Shown here one piece after another: positions 12,304 to 22,611 of a stretch of 64,000 nucleotides of DNA. The DNA is taken from positions 426,921 through 490,920 of the forward strand of contig JAKMXF010000297.1 in NCBI GenBank assembly GCA_024704765.1. The letters are read 5' to 3'. The number at the start of each line of letters is the position of its first letter. Position 1 is the stretch's first letter. A model generated the notes under the pieces. The model saw nothing but the letters and a program-made list of their open reading frames with translations, was not told the origin of the DNA and did not search any database. The translations under genes and the position numbers were made by a program. This DNA comes from Oopsacas minuta (lineage: Eukaryota; Animalia; Porifera).

Positions 12304-12428
12304 TAACCAGAATATATCTTACTGTTTGTAATGAAAGTTGTAAATATTGTTACTTTGTTGCATTTCAAATAAAGTGAAAACATAGAGTTGTTATATGTAT
12401 CTTTTAACAAAAGTAATTTAAGTTCATC

Positions 12429-13169
12429 CATGGCCTACTAAATACGGCTATACATGCTGCCGAATCATAGTGAAGAATAAGAGTCCAGTTTTTATAAGTT
12501 TCATAAAGAAAATTATACCTCCAATATTTGCGAATTGAACCGTTTTAGGGTAAAAAATCAATTTAGACTTAAATAGTTCAAACGGCCATCCTTCATCTAA
12601 TTCAGGCACAATTCTGTGATGACGTTAGCATTTATACAATTCAATTTTTTGTGGTAAAAGACACATTCTGTCTTAATTGATGCTAAGATGTTTGAATTTG
12701 TTCATTTACTTTGGAATTAGGATAAATCTAAGTTTGACGATAGCTTATTGGAAGAAATATTACACAAATTATACTTTGGACAAAAAAGTTATTTATGAAA
12801 ATCTATTTATAAATTAATGGAATAAACATATGAAGACGTGGTAAGTAATTGATTTTAAAGCAAATGTGCATACAGAATACAGTACGGATGAGTAAAAGGC
12901 ATTATTCCAAAGAAATACGAAAATTACAAAATTCAAAACTTAAATTTTCGATGAGTGAATTTTTAAGCTATGATGTCATATTTTGAATTGAGCCTAAACT
13001 AGATGAAGGATGGCGGTATGAACTTTTTAACTAGTCTAAATCGATTCATTGGATTTTTTACCCTAAAAACGTTCAATTCAAAAGATTGAAAGATTATTTT
13101 TTATAAAACTGGATGCTCATTTTTTCCTATGATTCGTTAGCAATTATAGCCGTATTTTAGTAGGTCATG
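12429..13169. mobile_element. Non-autonomous DNA transposon or foldback element with about 200-bp imperfect TIRs
   Basis: 12429-about 12625 is the reverse complement of about 12970-13169 (catggcctactaaatacggctata... vs ...tatagccgtattttagtaggtcatg; ccatccttcatcta vs tagatgaaggatgg). Flanked by 7-bp direct repeat GTTCATC. Confidence 0.85.
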
Positions 13170-14202
13170 GTTCATCATACAATGGCAATGTGACATAAAC
13201 GTTAAAACTTTACTGCATGCAACAAAATATAATCATGCATGGTAGACTTAATCTATCGTACAATTTGATCGTCGTTGCTATTTGTGGTAAATCAACTTAA
13301 ATTTCCGATCCTCACTACATATTGGCAATTTTGTATTTCCATAGCCATGCTATCATAGAATTTACTTTACTTATCCTCGCAAGCGGATTCAGTTATCAAT
13401 CATACAAAGTGTTATTAGCATACTGACTATACTTCCATGTGTTTCTTGGGTGACACTGACCAAAGTCCGGGATCCTAAGAATTGTGCGGTTCTCAGAAAT
13501 CCGAATGACACTGCCAGTATCTGGGAAGTTCGAATGTATTTGATTAATTGAAATACGAAAATCAGAAACAGGTAACATCCATTGAAAGCAATTCTACACT
13601 AATCTATTATGATATTTCTCAATTTCAATCCATAAACCAACAAATAATTTACATGTGACAAATTCAAAACTGTGAAAACCGCAATCAAAATAAACGATTA
13701 CTGCAATCACACATATTTATTGAATTCGATTTCAGCTCTATATTTATTGGGTCGCATTTCGAGGATAATTCAAAACTAAACAAAAACCACCGTAATATAC
13801 AATAGTGGCATAGTATTATTAAATAATTAATTAATAAAACAGAGCTATTTAACACTATTGGTGTTAATGGAGTAGTTATGTTCCTGGAAAAGTGACTTGA
13901 TTAACCCTTCTCGGTGTTAGAGATACAATTTTAATCTTGAAAATACGATATTACAATTGGTATTCTAAATAACGTATAATAGTAATCAATACATCCCATT
14001 TGGAAATGGCTATCAGCTATCAATATGTTCCTTTAACAATTAAAATGTTATCAAATTTCCAAATGAATTAAATAGGCTGACATATACTCTTATAATTTAT
14101 AAGCAATTTAAATAAAGTACTGAAGGGAAAGTGAATAAGATTAGGAACAATAAAGAAAGGTAATTATTAAATCCGAAGTAGCTAAATACAAATAGATCAG
14201 AG

Positions 14203-15051
14203 ATGCGAAAAGGAAATTTTATCATCCTTAGTATCGTTATATTACTCCTTTACACACTGATAACAATTTACCTTACCTCTCATGTTGGAGATAAAGACTA
14301 TGAAGAGTATATGAAATCAGAATACTTTAAACAGATTGAAAATACACAAGGTAGTAGTGAGATATCTCTATATGATCAGATCCCTAAAGTGTTTCATTTT
14401 ATATGGGTATCTTCATCTTTGGATAAAACAAGGCAATCTAATCTTGATGTAAAAATACTCTCCAATATTCAGACATGTTTAGATAAACACCCAGACTGGA
14501 GCTATAAGATCTGGACAGATGATATGGTTAGGAGAGAATACCCTGTGGTGTCAGAGCAATTGCTACAATTTGGTAAACCAGCTATCATCAGTGAAATACT
14601 CCGTTTTAACATTCTAGCCTCATACGGTGGGATCTACATGGACACTGATTTCATTTGTTTCCGTAGCTTCGCGCCCTTCTTAAAGCAACAATATTGCACA
14701 GCATTCGCCTGTAGTGAAGAAGCGGATGAAGACAATGAGTATGATAAACTAGTAAGCCTAGGAGTCATAGGTGCAGTCCCTGGGCACATGATACTGGAAC
14801 GTGCGGCTACACATATCATCACAGCTGCTCGGGGACCCGAGTCGCCAAACGAAAGGACAGGGTCACATTTCTTTATGAAGATGATTAAAAAATACAACAC
14901 ACAAAATGACTGTCTGTATGTGTACAGTAAGAAGGGATTTTACGATTGTGGCTACCAAGAACGTACTCGATGTGGAGCTAGATTCCACTCTTACAAAAAC
15001 AATAGTGATATATATGCTATGCACCTGTGGGAAGAATTTATAGAGACATGA
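14203..15051 (+). CDS. GT32-family DxD glycosyltransferase, type II membrane, copy 2 (paralog of 6638-7501)
   Basis: TM FIILSIVILLLYTLITIYL, IPKVFHFIW, near-identical core QSNLDVKILSNIQTCLDKHPDW...WTDDMVRREYP, YGGIYMDTD. Intronless. Confidence 0.85.
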   Translation: MRKGNFIILSIVILLLYTLITIYLTSHVGDKDYEEYMKSEYFKQIENTQGSSEISLYDQIPKVFHFIWVSSSLDKTRQSNLDVKILSNIQTCLDKHPDWSYKIWTDDMVRREYPVVSEQLLQFGKPAIISEILRFNILASYGGIYMDTDFICFRSFAPFLKQQYCTAFACSEEADEDNEYDKLVSLGVIGAVPGHMILERAATHIITAARGPESPNERTGSHFFMKMIKKYNTQNDCLYVYSKKGFYDCGYQERTRCGARFHSYKNNSDIYAMHLWEEFIET

Positions 15052-15996
15052 CTATGATTTTGAGGCCTTATAGCTTTGGAAGTGTAAATTGAAATCATTG
15101 GAGGATGTTTAACTTTAAAATGTATATAAAGTATGTTTCTATTTACTTAGTGTAATATCATTCATTTTACAAATACGTACTACATCTATAAATAGCACCT
15201 TATGAAACTCAAAAAACATGTTTTCTCAAGAACAGTGTACGTATTTAAATTCAATCTAATACTTATGTTATACTATGGGAATGATGGGACCATTTGCACC
15301 ATACATTTCCAGGGCCATCTCTTCAGGCTGTCCGACTTCGGCACCCTCCTAATGTAGTGGTAGTTGGCCCCGTGGTAACTATAATGATACTATAAAGTAT
15401 GGTTTCTCAAACTCTCATGGGCTATGCCGCTATGGTGACAAAATTCTGTATCATGAGGTGAGTGCCAGACCTGGGATTTATTACTATTACTAGGAGTGAT
15501 TAGGATTACTATTAGGATTACAGGAAATGTATATGTTGTAATCATAAGCAACCCCAAGCCTGATTTTCATGACCACCCCAATTTTACTTGTTGGTTCAGG
15601 TTTGTTTGTTTGTTTGGTCAACTTTGGCCATGTTCGGTCATGTTTGTCAAGTTTGGTCAAAATGTCCTTAGGAGATCAACTTGACCAAAAAATGACGTTA
15701 AATATCATTGTTGCCAATGTGTCCATGTTGAGTTGGGTCATATGGAATGACACAAGTTGAAAACCATGCAGTAAGAAGAATTAAGTATGGTAACTAAGGT
15801 GGTCATACTACGTATTAGTGATGAAGTAATCCTGAAATAAATTAATAATAATATTGCGATATTGTATATAATTGGCTAAAAATCGCTACTCACAAAGTGG
15901 CAATAAAAATCTAAAATAGTAAGTGATACATGAATAATTGAATACAAAATAAATAGTATGCTAATTAGTAAAAGTATGGCTAACCATCGAGATATT

Positions 15997-18393
15997 TTAT
16001 GGAATATTTGTCACAAAATTATCAAACCAAGCGTATCTTTTCAAAACCTCATCAATACACTCAGGAGAGGCTACATTGCAAGAGTAGTTGAAATAAATCC
16101 ATCTTTTCCAAAGAGCAAATTGATGTCCCAATTCCGTATCACACAATAGAGACTTGCATCGATAAAGAATTTGGAGGAATTTCTCATAATCTTCCGGTTC
16201 AGGTAATGAGGAAATTAAGTTGTGTATAGCTTGCCATATGGCAGTGTTATATCGATTTGGGCCAAGTTGCATTTCTTCTGCGAGAGCGAATATTTGATTC
16301 AACAGTTCGAAGTGATCGGGCCCAAATGTTGCGTGATTAGGATTATACTTTAGCTCAGTTAGTCTATCAGCTTTCTCCCTCAAAAGTTTAGCTCTCTCCA
16401 ATAATTCCTTGTTCTTAGGATCTGCTTCGAATTTACACAATCCACAATCACATTCATAATCCCATTTACTTAGAAGGTCTTTTTAACGTATATCATAGTC
16501 TATAATTTGCATACGTGGAGCAGTTAATTCAACTCCTGTAGCGATGTCATGATTAGCAAATATAATACAAACATCTCTATAAAACGTGAGTGAAGTATTC
16601 GGCATACAGGAATGATTCAAATATGCACGAATTAACCAAATACCATGAGTATGCATATACTCGTTATGAAGATGATCTGGATGGTGGTAAGAAAGTGCGT
16701 TATACTGTATTATAGTTCTGATCTGTTGCTGTTGGTATGGAGCTCTGTCTTTGTCCCTAACCAACTCATAACCTTTGCTACCGTATATTTCTATTGAGAT
16801 TGGCTCGTTATGGAGATGCTTATCATGCAAGGAAAATATGCGAAAAGCAGACAATTTGGATTTGATTATCGTATTTGTTAAGGAATCATTGAGCTTTGAG
16901 GAAGCTCTTGTCTTCGAAATGGCAATATGATCAGCAAAAATAGTATATTCTCCACGAAGATCTTCCAGATTTTCTTGCTTGTTGGGACCAACATATGCAA
17001 TAGCTTTTGTTACACTAATAATTTCCCCTCTCTTGATATCTCTAGTAGAGAATATGCCATGTCCGTTCTTATGAGAAGTTCCTATTTTGATCGGACCGAT
17101 AAAATCTGCAATTTCTATCTCTTCACCACTAGAAGCCTTTCCAGAAATTTCCTCAAAGTCAATCTTCCCTTTACTATTATCAAGTAGTTTCTGCTCTTTA
17201 GCGATGGCAGCAATGCGGTTAGGGTTAACTTCTATGTCATTCAAAATATCCAGACTCTTCTCGTGATCTCCCAATCCAGACCATGCCATAGCTAATCTGT
17301 ACCGGTATTTGGAATTATTTGGATCTATTTCTATGGCAGCCTCTGCGTCTCTTAGAGAATATTCAAATGAACCATTCTTTAAGTGGCAGAGAGAACGATT
17401 GATGAGATAAAGTGAAACAAACTCATCTCCTGTATTAATAGCTCGTGTATAACAAACAATTGCCTTGTCAAGATCACCATCTTGGAGGTATTTATTTCCT
17501 TCAATCTTGTGAAATTCACCTGAATTAGCTTCGTTAGAATCTTGTGGCATGTCCAGTATTATGATCTCTTCTGGAGATTCCACTCTAATAATATAGAACT
17601 CATCTGCTTGACCAATTTTGTAATAAGGATTGGCAATAGCCATCTTCACACCTTGCTTAAGAGATCCGCGCATTTCTGGGGTAATGTTATAGATGCATAA
17701 CTTGGCGCATTGTCCGAAATCATCTTCAACAACTGTGTGATAAGATGTCATCATATACCCATTAGTTATTTGAGTACAGAAAATAACTTTGTTGCTGTAA
17801 ACTATGCCGGGAGCTAGTTCTATTATTTTAATTGGTTCTAGATCACATAATTTGATAGGTTCTATAACCTTAGTAGCACTCAAATGGTCGTATGTAGTGC
17901 CTGACAAAATCGTAATAGTTATAGATTTCTGGTTATCCTGCGCTTGATCAAGCACAGGCTTTGGAGCCAATTCTTCATTTCTATTTATCAAGAATTCCTT
18001 TCTGTAATGACAGTTACTACCTGGGATACATACATCAGAGCGTAATTTACTGGACTCTCTACCAGTCATCATTTTAAAAAAGCGCGGTTCAATGTGTTTA
18101 AATACTTTATTTAAGATACTGAAAACTTTTTGGATTTTCCTCTCTGACTGGCCTACACATAGCTCCCTAACTGCGTCTTCTAACACTTGGTCATCAGTTT
18201 TACCTATACCACTGAGAGTATCTCGCATTCTCATATATATCTTCGTAACGGGAAGGTAGTGCTCCCTTAATAGAGCCTCATCACCTTTTGGTAAATGGCT
18301 TATATACTCTTCCATCATAGAATGGAATTCTTCTCGGATGTGAGGGGCGACATGCTCCAATATATTCCAATACTCATGTTTTATTTTTTCCAT
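15997..18393 (-). pseudogene. TPR + SET domain protein (798 codons) interrupted by one in-frame TAA; pseudogene allele, sequence error or recoded gene
   Basis: ORF 18393-16483 and ORF 16440-15997 are in the same frame, separated only by TAA at 16485-16483. Three TPRs (HKIEGNKYLQDGDLDKAIVCYTRAI...), SET (GHGIFSTRDIKRGEII...YLNHSCMPN), post-SET CDCGLC after the stop. Confidence 0.7.
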
Positions 18394-18713
18394 CTGTTAA
18401 TAATTTTAAAATATAAATATAATCATGATAATAAACGATTATATAGATGTTGATCGGCAGACAGCTCGGGTTACACAAAATTACACAAACCTTTGGAAAT
18501 AATCTTCAGACTAGCACTTAGACGAATTAAGAATGGTGTTGGGAACTTGTTAATAGCAATGAATTCCATATACAACACTGAGGTACAGTTTCCAATATAT
18601 GTTATGTACTTATGTTATCAATCTGGACTCAGATTTATATGTATTAACAGTATTTGAGTGTATGGAGAGCAACGTGTTAGTAGGTCAAGGTATAGCCATA
18701 CAGCTAATGCTTG

Positions 18714-18938
18714 CAGTCAAATTTAGCGGGTACATAAGATAACACAATGGAAGTAGTTAATGGTGGCAATCCAAGGGACTTTCAAAAGTGCACTTTATGA
18801 GGCGGTGACCGCTATATATATTGGCTGTTAGATAAAGGGAGTGGCCATTATATAGAGGTAGTGGCTGTTATAGACATGTTTAGCGCCAGTAAGGAACCAA
18901 TAATGGTGGCCGCTGGCCGCGTTGAGCAGGTTTGACTG
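18714..18938. mobile_element. CAGT-ended Tc1/mariner-pogo-like MITE (same family as 51351-51533, inverted)
   Basis: Ends CAGTCAAAT ... GTTTGACTG|TA. Shares tctataacagccacta and agtccctt with the 51.4-kb copy. Confidence 0.65.
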
Positions 18939-19531
18939 TATTTTGAAAATTTACAATTAAGGGATAATTGTCAACGTTGTTATTTGTAGTATATCAGTAA
19001 GATAATTGTAACATTATTGCCTGCAAATTCGCAAATACTTTAGTGTGGCTCAATCAACAGGACAACATTTTAGGTAACGTAAACTTTTCTGGATAGAAAA
19101 ATAACTTGTCAGGTCCGTACAAGGCACAGACAGTAAATTTATTAATTAATAATATCTTAGGCTATCAGAAACAAGGAAACGGTTGTTATTCGTATAACGG
19201 TATCCTCCCTATAGTGAATTAAGTTTGTTAATAAACTATTATGGTTAAGGAAGGAACTGGCCAAACGTGCCAGGCGCAACACGTCCATTCGAAAAGTGGT
19301 AGGCGAGAAAATTACAGTGTTCGAACGCGGGCCACTCTGAAAAGTGGTACAGCGCTCGCCGCACCAGCCAAACCGGGTATGCCACCCCTGGTGGCGTTAT
19401 ATAGACTACTATAAACAATCTGTGTTATGTTAGCTGCAAGATATTAACAAATCAGTATTTGCAATGAAAGGAGAAATAAACAACAAAGTATTATTAGTAA
19501 TGATGAGTACAAATCTTAATGTTTTACATAC

Positions 19532-20617
19532 TCAGAAGTCCTCATCTTCCGGATCAATATACCTATCAAAAGATTCTCTCGTGCATGCTCCATCCGTGGT
19601 GAAGAGATATCTGTAGCAAGATCCATCAAGACATACAGCAGTAACAGTCTGTGTCCCAGAGAAGCAGCATTGACATGGAGACTCGGTAGGGAGAGTAAAA
19701 TTCGCGAGAGCCCAAAGAGAGTTAATGTATGAGCCATGCTGAATTACAGGAGCTAATTTAGATTTCTTATTGAGTTTGAGGTCATCAACTGAGAAGATAT
19801 GAACAGTGCCCTTGTCACTAGACACACATAAGTAGCGGGAGTCAAGGCTGAAGTTAATGCAAAGAATTCGTGCCATGTCTGAACCACGTCTCAGTTCCAT
19901 TATCTGTTTAGGTTTATCAGAGAGTCTCTCCACGTTAAATATTCGAATAAGAGTTCCTTGTATGCTAGCAGTAGCCAGCATTGTCCCAGTTGGATTAATA
20001 GAAAGATATGCAATGTCATGTTTATGAGCCTCAACGCTGACAGGACTGGCAGTGACACCTGCAGGCACGTAAGTAATATCTATAAGCTGAACCTTTCCAG
20101 ATAGCTTTGAAGGAAACGCGAGGAGACCTCTCTCTACACAACTGCTTAGAGCACATACTCCCTCAGGGTTGTGTGAGGTGTGGGATGAATAGAGAAGAGT
20201 AGGAGATTGTGTTGGGAAAGAATATACAAAGATTTGTGAAGCTAAAACTAGCACAATCCTGTCTCTCCTTAGACAGACAGAAGCTACTGGACCAGAACAT
20301 TTGAATTCGAGAATGAATTTTTTCTTATAGTCATCCCAAATCATAACAGTATCCTGAGATAGTGTAGAACCGCCCCCTATCACAGCTACTAGATTAGTTC
20401 GATGTAGCATTTCAGCTTTGTAAACTGACTTTGGTACTTTAAGATCAATATGACACCTCTCTCTCAGAGGATCCAAGTTGAACACATGGAATCCAGTCTC
20501 AGTGGAACAAACGAAACAGGACTGGTCTTGATTTATACCAACATGATGAGTAACGATGTTGTTAGGAGGAGATTGAGAGGAGAATAAGTTAGAGCTAATA
20601 CTGCTGGTAGTAGCCAT
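19532..20617 (-). CDS. WDR45: WIPI4/WDR45 PROPPIN autophagy beta-propeller, intronless
   Basis: NQDQSCF, EMLHRTNL, IWDD, GTLIRIF, phosphoinositide-binding LRRG, SSDKGTVHIF, WIPI4-type C-terminus SLWALANFTLPTESPC...CTRESFDRYIDPEDEDF. Confidence 0.92.
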   Translation of the reverse strand: MATTSSISSNLFSSQSPPNNIVTHHVGINQDQSCFVCSTETGFHVFNLDPLRERCHIDLKVPKSVYKAEMLHRTNLVAVIGGGSTLSQDTVMIWDDYKKKFILEFKCSGPVASVCLRRDRIVLVLASQIFVYSFPTQSPTLLYSSHTSHNPEGVCALSSCVERGLLAFPSKLSGKVQLIDITYVPAGVTASPVSVEAHKHDIAYLSINPTGTMLATASIQGTLIRIFNVERLSDKPKQIMELRRGSDMARILCINFSLDSRYLCVSSDKGTVHIFSVDDLKLNKKSKLAPVIQHGSYINSLWALANFTLPTESPCQCCFSGTQTVTAVCLDGSCYRYLFTTDGACTRESFDRYIDPEDEDF

Positions 20618-20680
20618 CCCAGATGCTATGTAATTTATTTGTGTTTTTTGGATCAGAAACGAAACTCACAACATACAGTA

Positions 20681-21195
20681 GGGCGTGCCTAATTACCGGA
20701 ACGTGACGTAACGTGACGGTCCAGGAAAATGTAGATGCCTAAAGTACGGGACGTGAAGTTGTAGTAACCTCCCGAAGTGTATAACAATATGTTTTATAGA
20801 TAAGACTCCGACACTTGTTAATTCAGAGAGTATCTGTATGGACTCCTGAGAGGTTTTCTGCTTGCTCTCGGTGTGATCGCATTTTTGGGACCCCTGAGGT
20901 CCGTATATCGTTAGCATATCAGAAACCAATCCAGTGAAATTGGACCCCTTACAAATTTCTCACACTAGCTATAATACGCCATAGATTGCTCGTTAGCCCA
21001 AATTTCTTAAATGTATTAGTTATCAGGCCACCCTCACGCGCTTACACCAGCCTCAGAAGTCAGAATATTTCACGTACTATCTCTAAGATCCCGGGATAGT
21101 AGGGATAGCACAGAATACATGAAGCACATTGTTATACACTTTGGGTGATGTATTTAGGAGGCTACCATAACGTCACGTCCCGGAAATAGGCGCCC
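20681..21195. mobile_element. Mutator-like (MULE) non-autonomous element with 9-bp TSD
   Basis: 9-bp direct repeat CATACAGTA at 20672-20680 and 21196-21204. TIRs GGGCGTGCCTAATTACCGGAACGTGACGT vs GGGCG-CCTATTTCCGGGACGTGACGT, with a further inverted match (aagtgtataacaat) inside. Confidence 0.8.
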
Positions 21196-21917
21196 CATAC
21201 AGTAGTACTAAATTACCAAATGAATTTGTGCGGAGAGATTAGATTAGATTATAATAAGGGTCGTCATATTGATTTGTGGCCTACAAATATATTGCAACTG
21301 AATAGTTAAATATTGAATCGGTTGGATCAAATATATTAGCCATATAGATATAATAGAGTATTTGATTGGTGAATGTATATATATATATATGTATATATAT
21401 CAACCAAATATTTTCTCGAAAATACAGAAATCAATACATCGCATCCTCTAATGAGAGAAATTTGATTATTAGAAACTACCACTCCTATTCCACCATGCAT
21501 AAACCACCCCGAAGGTTTATAACAACAAATAAAGTGGATTTCATAGTTACTACTTACTAGTTTGTTTTGCTTGCTCGCACAGCGGGGCATATAAATATGT
21601 AACTATTGAGAGTTAATCTTTAGCATAATTGACAAAATTCATCAAAAGGTGCCCAAATATACATTAGTAATAATTACAAAGATGTAAAAATGTTTATGTT
21701 GAATACAATGAACACATTGTATCTTATTTACTGGGTATTCAAATCCCATTAATTACTTAGAAAATGTGTCAAAATATGATTAATCGCGAAAATTCCGAGA
21801 GGTGTGAAGGTTTAGTTGCGAAAGTGTGACTTGTCTGAGCCAGGGTAAAAACACAACTTTCTGCTAATTTTTGCGTTTCTGGCACTTGCCATCTCATCAA
21901 TCAAGTCTGGACACATA

Positions 21918-22193
21918 CCGTATTCGTTTAAATTTAGACACCGTATGTAATAATTTTGTGTTCCAAGGCACCATTATTTTGAACCAAATAAATATGATTT
22001 GTTACAGATGGCGCACGGCGCCTAAGTAGTCTCCAAAGATAAATTAATGGCGGAGCAACAGAAGTAGATACATAGACAAGTGTCACATGGCAACAACTGA
22101 CAACTACTAGATATTCTAACTACTAGTACTCCCTTTACCTGATAGGCTAGGGGCGATTGACCTGGAACGGCGCCTGAATTAGAACGAATACGG
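21918..22193. mobile_element. CCGTA-ended, TA-flanked MITE
   Basis: TA|CCGTATTCGTTTAAATTTAGACACC ... GGCGCCTGAATTAGAACGAATACGG|TA (about 25-bp imperfect TIR). Confidence 0.75.
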
Positions 22194-22553
22194 TACTCCA
22201 TAAATATCGAACTGTTATATTATAAATTAAAGATGTAGTAATTTGCATTGACCTCCTTTATCCAGGGTCTACTGTGCTAAGTCGGAAAATCACAATTTGA
22301 GCTAATAGTTTGAGTGAAGTAAATACTACAGTAGCAGTAATAGCTATCTATCATATTATCCAATTAATCATACAGAGAATATGTTGATTTCAGAATCCAG
22401 AAATCATAGCATACATAGTTTGGATAAATACATGCAGTGTGAATCCTCCTAATAAACTTCATTAGACATTATTATAGAACACACAAGAGGGCGGGAATGT
22501 TAGGCATGGGTATATGAACTACAGATGACCTATCTAACTAATTAACTAGAATT

Positions 22554-22577
22554 GGGCGGGTGTATAGAGTCCCGCCC
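22554..22577 (-). other. GC-rich perfect hairpin in eRF1 3' UTR
   Basis: GGGCGGG-actctataca-CCCGCCC (7-bp stem, 10-nt loop), 34 nt after the TAA. 35 of 46 nt at 22554-22599 are G/C. Confidence 0.7.
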
Positions 22578-22611
22578 GGCCTGCAGCTGGCACGCGCCCT
22601 CTTATCCTTCG

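Noticed and set aside
6638-15051. Bacterial contamination as the source of the GT32 genes
   Set aside because: Both have eukaryotic type II anchors and host-like composition, and are embedded among Helitrons, MITEs and animal genes without an operon context.
20693-20929. 78-aa ORF as a transposase or captured gene
   Set aside because: Inside the non-autonomous MULE-like element with no transposase motif.
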